DNA of 64,000 nt from Lama glama (lineage: Eukaryota), in NCBI GenBank assembly GCA_028534125.1, contig CM052825.1, forward strand, positions 1,178,001 to 1,242,000, read 5' to 3'. The notes beneath the pieces are model-generated. The model was not told the origin of the DNA. It was given only the letters and a program-made list of their open reading frames with translations, and ran no database searches. Of this stretch, positions 1 to 12,924 are shown piece after piece. How positions within the stretch are numbered: position 1 is the first letter of the stretch; every line of letters begins with the position of its first letter. A program made the translations under genes and the position numbers.

Positions 1-3000
1 TGGAACAGGGACAGTGCCCTCAAAGCTTGCTGGGTGGGCAGGTGAGAAACACGCCCACAGAGCCTCATGCTCAGTCAGCCAGGCCCATCACGGTGGGCGG
101 GCCCCCGCCCCCCTCGTTCCCCCACCACCCCCGGGGTGACAAGCAGGCCCCCTGCCCTCCCTGCAGCTCTGACGGCCCTGGACACAGGCCCTGGACAGAG
201 GTGCCACGCCTCACTCTAGCGTCCCTGCCTCTGTGTGCACTGGCCCCCCACCGAGCCCCCCAGCCCTTGAGGCCCGCCTTGGTGCCTGTGCCTTCTGTTA
301 ATCATCCTGCCAGTCACCCGGAGTCCCCTTGAGTCGCCGGAGCCCCACGGCAGGGCCGCTTGACCTCGGTCCCCAGATGTCTGGGCGACCACCTGCTGGT
401 GGGGGAGCTGTCCTAGACACGGCAGAACGTAGCAGCGTCCCTGGCCTCCACCCACTCGATGCCAGCTGCTCTGCCCCCACTGCCACAACCCAAACCACTT
501 CCTGACACCACCAAGTGCCCCTGCAGGCAGCCCATCTCTGGGGGAGGACCACTGCCCTGGACTCAAAGTACGTTCAGGATGCAGCCCCCGCCCCGCCCCT
601 CACCCCCACTGTCGGAGGGAGCTCGGCGGGGACCCTGCGGCCCTACGGCCAGGGGCTGTGTGTCCTGCCCCGGGGCTCTGCACCTGCAGGGGCACAGGCC
701 CTGGCCAGGCCACCCCCCGGCTGTGAGTTTCCTCACCTCCCCGAACATCAGAAACCTTATCTGGGTGACAAACGAGGCGGGCCACGTCGCAGGCCTCCTG
801 GGGAGCCGCTGCGCCAGCCCCGCAGGTTTCTGAGTGGCAGTCGTCTGTGGACACCGCCTGCCAGGTCTGTCGTTTACTTAATGTTTCTCTTTAAATCAAC
901 TGTTCTCATCAACTGAGACAGACTGGGCCTGCACGGAAGCTTTCCATCACTGCTGTAACGTGGAGACAAACATGCTCGCTACAAACAGAGCCATCATGAA
1001 AACGATTCAACAGAAACCAAACAGCGGCACTGAGCCCTCGTCTGCATCTGAGGGGCCGAGCCAGAGGCCACACCAGCACCAGGCAGCACGCGTCCTGGGT
1101 GAACAGACGCAGGGATGGGGACACGTTTCCCTCGTGCTGCGACAGGGAGCGCCCGGCACCGGCGGCAGTCCCCACGCTCCCCCACCGTGGAGGAAAGGTG
1201 GCTGGAGGAGGAGTCAAGGCACCCAGAGCCCGGCCAGCCTGGCGATGCCTGCCAGAGTGTTACCACTGTCGCCACCATGGGTGCCAGCAGGAGGCGGGGA
1301 GGGGGAGAGCAGAGCCCACCTGGAGCAGCAAAGGTGAGGGCAGCCAGTGGCCGCGCTGTGCCGAGCTCCAACCCCAGCCTCCGCGTGGCTGCTGCCAGTT
1401 TGGGGGATGGGCTGGCCGGCTTGGGGGCCAGAGCTGGGTGTCACCGGGCCTGTGGAGCCCTCCCCTCTGTCCTGGGCAGGTCCAGGCAAGAGGACGACGC
1501 AGGGCTCAGCCCCAGCACACGGAGGCCCAGAAACAGCGCTTCTTCCCCTGTGCCAGGTGTGGGTGGAGCGGGCGCCTGGCCACCCTCCTCCGGCCTCCTC
1601 ACCGCTGCCTGGCCAGACCCAGACAAGTGTGTCCCCTTCCCAGTTCACAGACGAGAGACTTGGGCCTGGAGAGACTGGCACCTCCTGGGCCCCTCCTGGG
1701 TCCCTGTCCCAGCTGTGATCTCGCCCACTCTGCCAACCTGCTCCCCGACGACCCCGCAGGACTGTGCGCTTGGATGGGCTGGTTCAGGCCCGCAGGGCCG
1801 CAGGGAGAGAAGGACCACGAGGAGGCCTGAGCAGCTCAGCCCTGGTGGAGCCCGGACGCGGGGCTGGAGCCAGGACCCCAGGAAGGACTCTGGAGGCCTG
1901 AAGATGAGGGGAGGGGGCTGCAGGGCCGCGGTGGTCCTGACCCTGGGTGTCAGGCTCTGGGTGGGCCCTGGGCACCTGACTATCTTCTCAAAGATCACAT
2001 GAAATGACTCCTTAGCTTGGGAAGTGGCTGTGGTCACCTGGCAAGCAGACCCCCAGCCCATCCTAGAACAGGGGCCAGCCAAACCCCCCGGCCGTCCTGC
2101 AAGCGCAGCTTTACAGCACAGCCGCGGCCGGGGTCCAGGGCGCCCGCGCTGCTCGGGCACGACACGGGCAAGGCTGGGCAGCTGTGACATAGGCCGCCGG
2201 GCCTGCAGAGCCCAAAACACAAAGCCCGTCCACCCTGGCCTGGAGCGCTCTCCTGGGAAGTCGGCTCCTCCCTCCCGCCCAAAGCTCCCTACCTCCGCTT
2301 CAAACCCGCCTGACAAGGTGCCCACCCCTGGGACCCACCTTATCCAAGAACTTCTGAGCCTGAAGCCAAACCCCTCCCCGCAGTGTGAACACACTCTGGG
2401 CTGGGTGAGGGGAAACCCGACCCCCAAAACGCCCCTCCCTGCCTTGGGGAAGCTGGGGCGTGTGCAGCACCCATGGAGAGTGCCCTCCCCCAGCTGGCTC
2501 CCCACTCCCCAGCCCCGGAGCTTCAGGTCACAGGGGTTCTGGGCCCGCAGGGCTGTGTGTTGAGGGACAGGGCCCTGCACCCACAGTCGCCTCCTTCAGT
2601 GAGCCCCTGGACCCCGGTGGGTCCTGTGAGGACGGAGGGGCGCGTGGTGGATCTGCCAGGGGTCTCTGCCCCTCCTTGGTGGGTGTCTGTGCCCTGTAAA
2701 CTGTGCTCACAGGCCCCATGTTGCAGGGCTGCAGGGCGAGAGGTGGGACGGGCACCGACAACCACAAGCAGGACCTCGTGGAAGACGGAGCCCACCTGAG
2801 ACCCAGACCAGGGGCCCAGATGCGGTCCCTCCGCCAGTGACGGCGCACCCGCTTCCCGTCTGCCAAACGGGGGTCAGAGGCCAGGGCTCCCCACGCTGGG
2901 CGGACGGGCTCCTCTGGGTGCCTCTGCGAGACCAAGGGCAGGGCCGTGACCAGCCAGGCTTGAGGGAGGGCCTCCCCACCATGGCCCACGGCCCCTGCTG

Positions 3001-5009
3001 ACCACGGCTGGCCCGTGGGGGGCGAACGTGGCGTAAATGGGAGACTCCCCTCCACGGAGCCAGCAGCCCCCCCTCAGATCGTGGTCCGGGGTCAGAGTCA
3101 GAGCGTGTCGTCCCAGGGTCCTGGGCGTCCCTCTGGGACCCTAGCTCCCCACGAGGGCCCCGCACGGCGTCCTGCCCCTCGGACCAGAGCTGCGACCCCT
3201 GGCCGGAGGCCAGAGGCCGGGAAGGCCTCAGGACGCCTGCCCGCTCCACCCCCACGCTCCCCTCGGGCTCCCTGGGAAGAACTGCTTTAACACCCCTGAC
3301 AGCAGCGGCCGGAGCGGGGGCCGGACAGGAGCATGAGCCTCTACGTCGCAGGGGGTACTGCGAGCCTGAGGGCGGGGCTCGGTGTGAGCACCGCCGCCGC
3401 GGCCGGGGGTCTTGGTAACCAGAGGCTGTTCACACAAGCTCCCGGAGGAACGCCTTCCACAAACTTTGATGTGAACTAATTAAGTTTGCACAGTTAATCA
3501 GGACAGGCTGCCTCTGAGACTCGGATTCCCACGCCCAGGGCCGCCGCAGCCGACGAGCCGCTGCCCCCGCACTCAGCCCTCCTCCCAACGCTGCTGCCCA
3601 CACGTGGAGGCCCCGGCCCCGGGGAAGAGCAGACGGTCCCGCGCTGGGGGTCCTGGTAGCTCCGTGAGCTGGACAAGGCCTCTGGTGACTCCCTAGGCCT
3701 GGGGACCGCGGTCCAGCCCTGCAATGGAAGGCGCCAGCCCAGGGCCACGTGGGCTGGCAGAGGCGCCTGTGGACTGGCAGGCCCTCTCCAGGCCGAAGGT
3801 GCCTGAACCAGGTGGCCCTGTGACCAGGGAAGCAGCTAGTACGAGGGTCCTTGGAGCCAAACTCTGGGGGAGGCGGGGCTGCCCCTCAGACAGGGGCCCT
3901 GGCTGGGCCGGGAGCCAGGCCCGGGCGTGTGAGCATGGATGTCCTGGGGCCAGCGCAGCAGGTCCCCAGGCTCCCTGCCTCCCGGGGACCCCTGGCCAGA
4001 AGGGTCCTTTCAGGCCACTATCTGGAATCCTAGCTTTTGTTTTAAGGCTCTTCCAAGCACCCAGGGCTAGCGGAGGCCTGGAGCACGCCCTACCAGGAAC
4101 AGAGTGCCCTCAGGGACGCGAGGGCAGTCTCCACCCTGCAGGCAGGGCAGGGAAAGAGGTGGGTGAGGACCGCGTGGCCCATCCCACAGGCGCCCTCCGA
4201 GGGGCTGTGCTGAGGGGCTCCAGGGCCAGGTCTGGGTGAGGCGAGCAGGAGGCGCTGACCTGTGGACACCAGGGATGGGGGTCAGGGACACAGCAGGGCG
4301 GCAGGTGAGGCCTGGTCACTCAGCTCTCAGAACACAGGCCACCAAGCAGGTGTCGCTCCACCCGCCTGAGACGAGTTAGGGTTCACCAGCACGGCTGCGC
4401 TGGGCGGCCCAGGGCGTGGGGGTCGGGGGCAGGGAGGCGCCCGCGGCAGTCGCAGCCCCGAGCTGGGAGCCTCTGCCAGGTGGGGGCAGGGGAGGGCGTC
4501 CTGTTCCCACGCCTACAGCCAGGTCCCTGGCCTGGAGTCCCAGCTGGAGCCGCCTGTGTTTCCAGGCCTGCGTTACGGCCACACTCCCAGAAGAATCCCG
4601 ACAGCATTTGCAGAACTGAGAGGAAGCAACACGGCCTGTGAGGTGTGTTCCCTCATCCCCGCCCCCAGGGCCTCGCCACTTCTGAGGAGGAGGGAGGCCC
4701 GTGACCTCCACCCAGGGACCCCACTTCCTACACATCAACGCTCTGATGGGTTTTCTCCAGTTACTTTTAACAACTGGGAAGCCGCAAACGCCTGCCGGCC
4801 TGCGTCTGGCCGACAGGGAAGGGAGAGGGCCACTCAGGGCCCTCGGGCACCCCCAGCAGGGCCCGGGCCTGCCTGCGCCTGGTGCTCCGTGGACACACTC
4901 CCACATGCACTGCCCACCCCCACCTCAGCCCCGCCACGAGGAAGGTTTTGAAGAGGGTTTGCAGCTGTAAATGTGGGGCCAGGGTGAGGCTCACGGACTG
5001 CACACCCCA

Positions 5010-5450
5010 CTCACCACCTCCCCCAATTCACTTCTGTTCAGCACGTCCAAAGGTCAAATTGAGCCCTCAACTCTCTCTTCTTAAAAACTCCTTTAGAGCC
5101 CACACTGCTCTCAGGATGAAGAGCCAACACCGCCCTAGTCTTCCCGGCCGGGCCCTCCCCAGCCTTCCCTCAGACCTGGCTCCTCCCCAGTCCTGGCGTT
5201 CAGCTCCATGGCCTTGCTTCAGCTCTCAGGATGCCCGTGCCTCCATGACCGCAGGGCCTTTGCACAAGATGCTGGAATTGAAACCAGCTCTTCCCACTGC
5301 ACTGTGTTGCCTCACATTGCCGGGGCCCCTCCGACCTCTGGAAGGAGATTGTTCATTTTCTTGGGAAGAGCCTGCCACATGGTCCAACCGTGGTTTCACT
5401 CATTACTGCCAAGAAGTCTTCAGCCTCCTGCCAAACACCTCCAGTGACCA
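5010..5450 (+). mobile_element. L2 LINE relic
   Basis: cttaaaaactcctttagagcccacactgctctcaggatgaagagccaac and cagggcctttgcaca resemble the L2 3' region (recalled consensus). Confidence 0.6.
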
Positions 5451-8359
5451 CCACTCACTCTACACCATGCTGGCCAGTTCTTTCCCCATCTTTGTGAATT
5501 TTCATCCCAGTGTCGGCAAGCCTCTCCTTACCATGAGCTGAGGGCCGGGGCCCGGGGCCCCCCAGCCAGCCAACCCTACCTCCAGACCCCTCACACGACC
5601 CAACCCTCCTCGCAGAAGGGCCCAGCAGACGCAGGAAGCAGCGGCTCTGGCCGTGGTGTCCTCTGGATAAACACATGCCTCGGCCTCTCAGCCTCGTCCC
5701 AGGAGGCAGGTGTGTCTGCGCAGCTGGGACCAGGGCCAGGGCACACTCTGCATCACTCCTCAGACGCTCAGAGATGCTGCAATGCCAGGGCCTGCCTGGC
5801 GGAGGAAGCGAGAGGTTCTGAAGTGAGCACGCATTCAGAGCAGCTCCATCTGGCATTCCGGGAACCCAGAAAAGGTAAATTCAAATTAAAGTGTTGGCCT
5901 AGACCTCACTGTTCCAGCAGGAGACTGGAAGGCCCCCCCAAGTCGGCTTCTTTACACATGAGCCTGTGAACGGCCCCGACTGCCTGTTGGGGGGAAGCCA
6001 AGGAGAAAGAGGCCGCGCGGCGGGGCTGGGCCTCCCAGGTGGAGCCTGTCAGCTCTCCCCCGCATGCACGACAGCCCCTGCTCACCTGCACTGCACCCTA
6101 GGCTCTACCAAAGGGGAGCTGGGACTTAAACCCAGGGCTGGCTTGACCCAGGTGGCCATGTCCACCTTGGGGTGGGGGCAGTGGGCTGGCAGGAGAGCCA
6201 AGGGACACGCTGTCCTCAGTGAACGGACCTGACAGCAGCCACCAGGCGGGGCAGGCCCATCCAGCCCACTCACCTGCCTGGAGCCCCGCAAGCCGCAGCC
6301 ACCGTGTGCCCGGAAGTCACCCTCACCCGCCTGCTTCTCGGCCCCATCACGGTAGAACTCCGCTCAATTCCAAAATGCCACCAGAGCCAAGAGCATGTCA
6401 GAGAGTGGCCTGGGATACGGCATGGCCAGCGCCGGGCCTCCCACTTGCTGTGGGTCCCACGGGTCTGAGCAGCCGCTGTGGGGACACGGGTGCCTGCGGA
6501 CCCGCCCTCCTCCCATCTCCTTGTTGGGGTCATCTCAGCTCATGCGCACATGACGGGGCCACCCTCATCGGTCACTTCTCCCAACTCCTGACCTCCGTCA
6601 CGCTGTGGACCCCACACCAGGGTCTCAGAACAGACGGCAGGATGGAGGAGGGAGGGACCTCCCGGCCCCCGCCTTAGTGAGGGGTGGTCCTGGCTTCAGA
6701 CCAGCCCATCTCCTGACATGAAGGCCCCAGTGCGTGTGTGAAACTTCCAGGAAGCTGCCTACCAAGGACGCGGCCCTGGGGGCCGGTCCTCCACCAGCTC
6801 CACGAGGGGCCGCCTCCTCCCTGCCCGCTGCCCGGCCCCGGCTGGTCGGCCCCACAGCATCCCTGCCTCAGGCCCTCTGCTCTCAGGTTGCCCCCACGGA
6901 GCCTCGGTCCCGACTCTTCACTGTGCAGGAAGGGGAAATAAGCTGAACGCAGGCCCTCCAGTTCCAACCCAGAGCCGGGAGCGCCGGGCGAGGAGAAGCC
7001 GCGGTCAGCGCCCCAGAAGCTCGCACCCAGGGCTGTTTCTGAAGGACGCCCCTGCTCCTCCGAGCCCGCCCGCTCCTGCCGAGAGCTGTTGCCGTGGAAA
7101 CCAGCAGGCGCCCCTCGCGCCACAGCTGCTGGGCTCAGGCCTGTGCCAGCGGGACGAGGCCTTGGGCACCAGGGCCACACAGACACCACCCACCATGGCT
7201 CGAGCTGATGAGGCCTCGCCCGCTGTCCTGCCCAGCTCCACCCCTGGGGACCGGGCAGCTCTCTCCAGGGAGGCACTGGGGTGTGGGGCAGAGGGCCCCT
7301 CCCCCAGCCCTTTCTGCCTCCGCTGCCCCACTATTCCTCCTGAAGCCACCTCTGCAGTGGGCAGCCCTCTCGGTTGTGACCTCCCTGTCCAGCCAGTGCA
7401 GGAGGCTGGTGGCCTGTGTCCGTGAGGCAGGACGCCTGAGAGCAGGCGTTTAACGGGGCACCTGGTGCCAGTGTGGGGCCCACAACGGAGTGGGGCCTGG
7501 AAGCCAGATGGTGGGGGGGCCTGCCCTGAGTGGTGAGCGCTCGGTGGGGGAGCAGGGGGCCCAGGGCTCTACGTGTTCACAGGCTGCTTTAAGGAAAGAG
7601 CAGGCAGCTGGAGACTCGCACCCACAGGCAGCAGAGCTCAGCCCATGTCTGGATGTCCCAGTGGACAGCCAGGCCTGTGGCAGGGCCCTCCCGGGAGGGG
7701 AGCAGGGGACACGCGTGGGCGCCTGCACGCCAAGCCCGTTCCAGGCAGGCAGCAGGGCCACAGGCCAGCCGGGCACACCCGGGGACCTCAGCCCGGGCCT
7801 CTGCCCCCCGACAACTGGACGACCTCAGGCCAGGCCCTGCCCTGCTGGTCCGCAGGCCCCAAAGCAGGGATGTGCTGGAAGGAGCAATGAGGGGCCAGAA
7901 CCTCAGGTCTGCGGGAGCCCAGGACCGCCCTCTGCAGTCCAGCACCTCCCGGGGCCCTGTGGGGCGGGCAAAGATTCCAGAAGGCGGGACGAGGGAATGT
8001 GACCCTCCCACGGCTCTGTCGTCCGTCTAAGCGGGGGAAGCTCCGGGTGCAACACGATGGGGCTGTCGCGAGGCCTAGGGGAGACCTGGTCCTCCACGGG
8101 CAGGAGGACAGCTCGGAATCTCCCAGCTGCCTTCCTGACACCTGCACTTCGCAGCCTTGGAGACACCACGTGGGACCCCTCGCAGGCTGCACAGCACCCC
8201 ATCCCACGTGGGGACCCCACCCCACTGCTCCCCACCTGGGATCCCGATTTCTCAGGAGCAGGTGCCGGTGGGGAGCCCCGGAGGTGTACTGAGCTGGGCA
8301 TGACCAGCCGGAGGCAGACCGGGCGCATATACATGCGTGGGTGCTGGGGACCCCGGCAG

Positions 8360-8435
8360 CACACGGACGGAACTGAGGCTCACAGCAGTGGAGCCATGCG
8401 AAGGTCCCACGGCTCAGAGGAGGCAGGGGACAGTC
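8360..8435 (-). mobile_element. MIR SINE core fragment
   Basis: ggaactgaggctcacagcagtggagccatgcgaaggtcccacggct resembles the MIR core gaaactgaggctcagagaggttaagtgacttgcccaaggtcacacagc. Confidence 0.45.
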
Positions 8436-9059
8436 ACACCTTGGTAGCTCTGGCCCCAAGCCTAGGGCCTTCCCACAACCTGGCAGGGGCCGTCCTTGCA
8501 GCAATGTTCCGACAGTCACCACCATCCAGCAGACACTCCCACGTCCTGCGGATGGCCACCCCACTGCCCACTCCAGGCCACAAGAGACGCAGAGGGGCCG
8601 GGGACCGGGTGGTGGCATGGTCAGCCTCAGAAGCAGACGCACCGCCCAGGACAGCGCACAGCAGCTGTGAGCAGGAGCCCACTGGGGGCCGGCTCTCCGG
8701 CCTGGTGCCCCCGGCTCCTGACGCCTCTGCTGCTCCTGGGCTCTTGGGAACCTGCCGCCCACCCTGGGCCTGGGGTCGGGCTCTCAAAGGACCAGCTCCT
8801 GCCCAGGCACTGGGAGTGGCCTGGTCCTTCAGACAGACTCTCGCTGGGGCCAGGCTGGAAAGGTACCGGAAACCAGGACGGCTTCTGCTCCTCAGGGAGG
8901 CCGGCCCTGAGTCGGGCTGCGGGGCACAAACGGAAGGAAGCAGCACTGGTGAGAGAAGCGGTGTGGGCGGGCGGCTCGCTGGGGACACAGGCCGACTCCA
9001 GCTCCACGCCTGCTGCCGAGTGGCCTGCGGGCTAAGGTGAGGTTACATACTTGAGCGGC

Positions 9060-9470
9060 CGAAAAAGTTTTCAAAGCTGTTAACAGCAGCTTTAGTCCTA
9101 GTCGCTGAGACCTGAAGCAACCGAGATGCGCTTCAGCGGGCCACTCAGGAAACAGAACATTGCTCAGGGCAAAAGAGAAATGAACTATCCAGTCAGGAAA
9201 AGACGCATGTTAATTACTAAGTGGAAGAGGCCGATCCGAGAGGCTGCAGACGTGTGGCGCCACAGCATTCAGGGAAGGGGGCCCAGGGCCGGTGAAAGGC
9301 CGGGGCTGCCGGGCGCGCTGCTGCAGGACACGACAGCTCCAACCTGTCAAAACCCACAGAACCGTACACCACACGGCGTGAACCACAGATTTCACGGTTA
9401 ATAATAACACAGGAGCACCGGTCCATTAGTTCTAACAAAGACACCCCGCGTGGAGGGCCCAGGGATGCAG
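9060..9470 (+). mobile_element. L1 3' UTR relic (L1MC-like)
   Basis: gaagcaaccgagatgcgcttcag, agaaatgaactatccagtcaggaaaagac, ttactaagtggaagaggccgatccgagaggctgca and tgtcaaaacccacagaaccgtacacc follow L1MC 3' UTR order. Confidence 0.7.
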
Positions 9471-11089
9471 CTCCGCCCCTGCCTCCCCTCCACGCCCACA
9501 CATGCGCGGTGGGCTCCGGGGCAGGTGTGTGGGGCAGGTGCCACCGCCACCCCCCCGTCCCAGCCCCACAGCCTCTCTGGACTCCGGCCCAGGGCCCCAT
9601 CAGTGTCCCAGAGAGCAGGGCAGTGCCGGGGCCTCTCCAGGCTGGTATCTGCGACACGGGCGATGAGGCTTCAGGAAGGTGCTCAGGCCTGGGGGGACCT
9701 CTTGACACAGCGGCACGTCTATTCCAGTTACAAATCTGGGCACTGGACAGAGAGGGCGCCCGCCTGAATACCAGTGGTCAGCAGGGGCCAGAGACGGGCT
9801 CAGAGCTGCAGCTCAGCACAGCGGACAGCAGAGCTGGGGTTGGGGGCTCACACGAGCCAGACATCCCCGCAGACCAGTCCTGTGGGTGAAGGCGTGTGCC
9901 CATGGCCCCGGGGAGGGACACAAAGACAGAAGAGCCCTCACCGCAGTGGGAGCCTCACGGGCTTGGGTCCCAGACATCCGCAGGGAGCACACCCCGTGTG
10001 CTCCCAGGGTTACAAGAAACACACACCCGCCCCTGCAGCTGGACGCCAGTGCATCCCTAGTTCACAGATCTGGAAACGCAGCCTCAAGTGCACGGTGTCT
10101 GATTCTAGATTGTGTGTCCCGTGTCGTGCTGCCGCCGAGCCCCGTCCTGGGGGCCTGGGTTATGCCGGCCCGAGGAAGGCCGGGCAGGGAGGAGGGGAGC
10201 CCAACACAACCCACTGCCCACCAGGCGCCGCTGTCTGGAGCTGCGCCGGTCTCCTCTGTCTGGCGCGGCTGCAGGACGTGGAGGGGAGGAAAGTCCCTGG
10301 GAAGCCCAGGGACGTAGGACAGTACGGGGGGGGGGGGGCAAGACCGAAAACGCGGCCTGTCTGCGCGGAGCTTCTGCACAGCTCAGCAGGCCTGTGCGCG
10401 AAGAACCTCCCCCCACGCTGAGGGTCCGGACCCACCTCCCTGGGGTAGCGGGTGGGAAGGGGGCCAGGCCTGCGGGGAGGAGCTGAGCTGGAGCTCCGGT
10501 CTCCCCTCAGCCGCCCGTGGGCAGCTCCCTCCGAAAGGGCCACGGCCGGCCCCCACCCACCCCCGCGCCGCTCAGGGCTGCTTCCAACTCTGCTTTCAGC
10601 CCCTTCCTGCCTGAAAACTTGCCTCTGAGAAAAGAAAAGAAATAAACTGCAGAGGCCAGGAGGCTGCTGTCGATGGCGACTCTCCCCCAGCCTGACCCAC
10701 CGCCACACAAACCTGTGGGCCGGCCTCGGGTGGGGGGCCACGACACCGCGTGGGCAGCTCGGCTCCCCGGGGAAGCCCTTCTGAGCCCCCAAGGTTGGGG
10801 TGAGGGCCCAGCGCCCCAGAGTCCAGTGAGCCGGCCAAGGTCACAGGGTCAGAGATGCTGTGGGCCAGGCCAGGCCGGGCCTCGGGAAGGCGGTGCCCGT
10901 CTGCCGGTCGCTGGTCCTCACCCAGCCTGCCCACCTCCTCTTTGGCTCCCGCCCCATCTCTGCTCACACTGCATCCGCCGGGCCTGGAGCTGGCGGGCGG
11001 GCAGCCGTGGCTCAGCCGAGCCCCGGCAGGCAGACGGCGGAGGTCACCTGTCTGTCCTGTCTCCACAGAGACAGTGATTTTAGAAGGGC

Positions 11090-11285
11090 ATGTGACGGTA
11101 CAGGCGGCGGAAACCTGAGCTGCTCTCGACTCTGTGAATGCAAACACGCGCACCTACACGCGCCCGCCCGCAGGACGTGCGGGGAAACGCAGCAGAACGC
11201 TGGAGCGGCTGTGTCCCAAGGCTGCACTACGAGTGACTGCACTCTTCCTTTGGGTTTTCAATAATCCATAGACACTAACTACGCT
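11090..11285 (+). mobile_element. Very old L1 3' end relic (L1ME/L1MC-like)
   Basis: ggaaacgcagcagaacgctggagcggctgtgtccc...gagtgactgcactcttcctttg resembles ggaaatacaccaaaatgttaacagtggttatctct...ggtgatttttattttcttcttt. Confidence 0.4.
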
Positions 11286-12733
11286 GGATCCTTTCCCCAA
11301 GGTTTTGCTTTTGCAAGATTAATCATTTCAGCTAACGAACGTGCAAAACCCAGCGAAAACTATGCTTCATAATTTATGATGCTGGTGTGATGCGCCACAC
11401 GTCAGTGACCGTCAGTAAGAACTGTGCATCTTTGTTTGTTTTCTTAATGCAAAAAAAAAAACACGCATGGGATTTCTACAACATATTAAACACCTGTCAC
11501 TGATCCTGAGTTATTCAAAATCATACAGAATTACAGAAAAGTGACAGTTTATCTAGACACCGAGTGTTTGAGTGTTTTACTTACTCCCAGGTTTAAGACT
11601 TTCACGAAGTGTGAAAATGGACAAATGGGACCCAGGCAGTCTGAGAAATGAGAAGAAATGCTGTGAAGTGTCAGGAGACCAGGGGCCAGGTTGGGACACT
11701 GGTCTGACCGCAGGAAAGGGCTGCCAGGGAGGGGGGACCGAAGGGAGAAGGAGCCTGCGGGAGCCAGACACCAACCCACAGGGACCGCTCGCTCCTACCT
11801 TGTAAGCCCCTTCCCGCCACCTCCCGCGCCTGCCCTCCCCGGGACCCGGTGGTGGGCACTGCCACTGGCCACTCCCAGCGCCCTCCAGACCCCGGGTGTG
11901 GCCAGCACCTCCGCTGGGCTCCATGAGTTTATCACGAAATTGTGATGAAATGAGAGAGGCACCCCCTTTACTGCCGGATTCTGCTGAAAACACAGGCGTC
12001 ACCCTGGCTACAGCACTTCTGTAAGAAGGAGACACGGCAGCTGGTTCTCTGTTCCAGACGTGGGCAGAGAGGCAGGCAGACGGCCCCCCGCCGCACCCTG
12101 CCTAGGGCAGCCAGGGAGTGATGCCGTCCTCAGGCCAGCACGCAGGGACCAGCTCTTCTCACCCAGATTTCCACCTCATGCCACCAGCCTGCCTGGCCCT
12201 CCTGGTGGAAGGTAAACCCCGACTCTGCCACAGGGACGCACACCCTCACCTGCAGGGCTTCACTCCCTGTGCCTGTCCCAGCCCAGAAGCTGGGAGGCCA
12301 CCCCAGGCCTCTATACGCACACCAGGGCACAGGCCACACACTGCTCCGACCAGAGGGCCCTCCTCGGGGAGCCCCCGCCCCACCCTGCACTGCGTGCTGC
12401 CAACGCCATCTGGGTGCCACCCAGCCCCCCACCAGCCTGGGGCTCCAGCCGGCCCCTCCAGCACCCGGGAGGCACCGGTCCAGCGCCTTCTCCCTCGTCC
12501 CGCCCACCGCCATCCAGCTGCTCGCCTCGCCTGGCGGCACTGAGGGCACCTCTCTGCCCGACACTGACTTTGACCCGTACCTCAGCCTCCCGGGGGCACT
12601 GCTGACGCTTGCAGCCCCACTCCGGGATAGGGCCTGGGGCTGGCGCCTCCCGCAGGAGTCCCGGCTGCAGGGCAGCGCTGGGGGAGCCCGGGGGTCAGCA
12701 GTGCCGGTGGACTTCCTGTTGCTGCAGTCCTAC

Positions 12734-12924
12734 CTTGAAGATGAGGCAGTCACCCTTGCGCTCGGCGTACATGGAGCTCAGCCGGTACTGGTTCTCCGTG
12801 GTGATGTCCACCTGGTAGCCTGTGAGTGTGTAGCACACCTTTCGGAACTCCTGGATCTTGGTCTGGAAGACCTCCTTCAGCCGCTGGTTCTTCAGCTCTG
12901 CGCTCTCCACCTGCTTCCTCAGCT
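12734..12924 (-). CDS. MAD1L1: MAD1L1 coding exon, 191 bp (human exon 18 equivalent): (E)[63 protein letters not shown]; RLK motif and start of RWD domain
   Basis: Acceptor cacctctccttcccctgcag|AG completes a GAG codon with the previous exon; donor AAG|gtagga. Length is 2 nt plus 63 codons. The conserved KNQRLKEVF and CYTLTGY motifs are intact. Confidence 0.98.
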
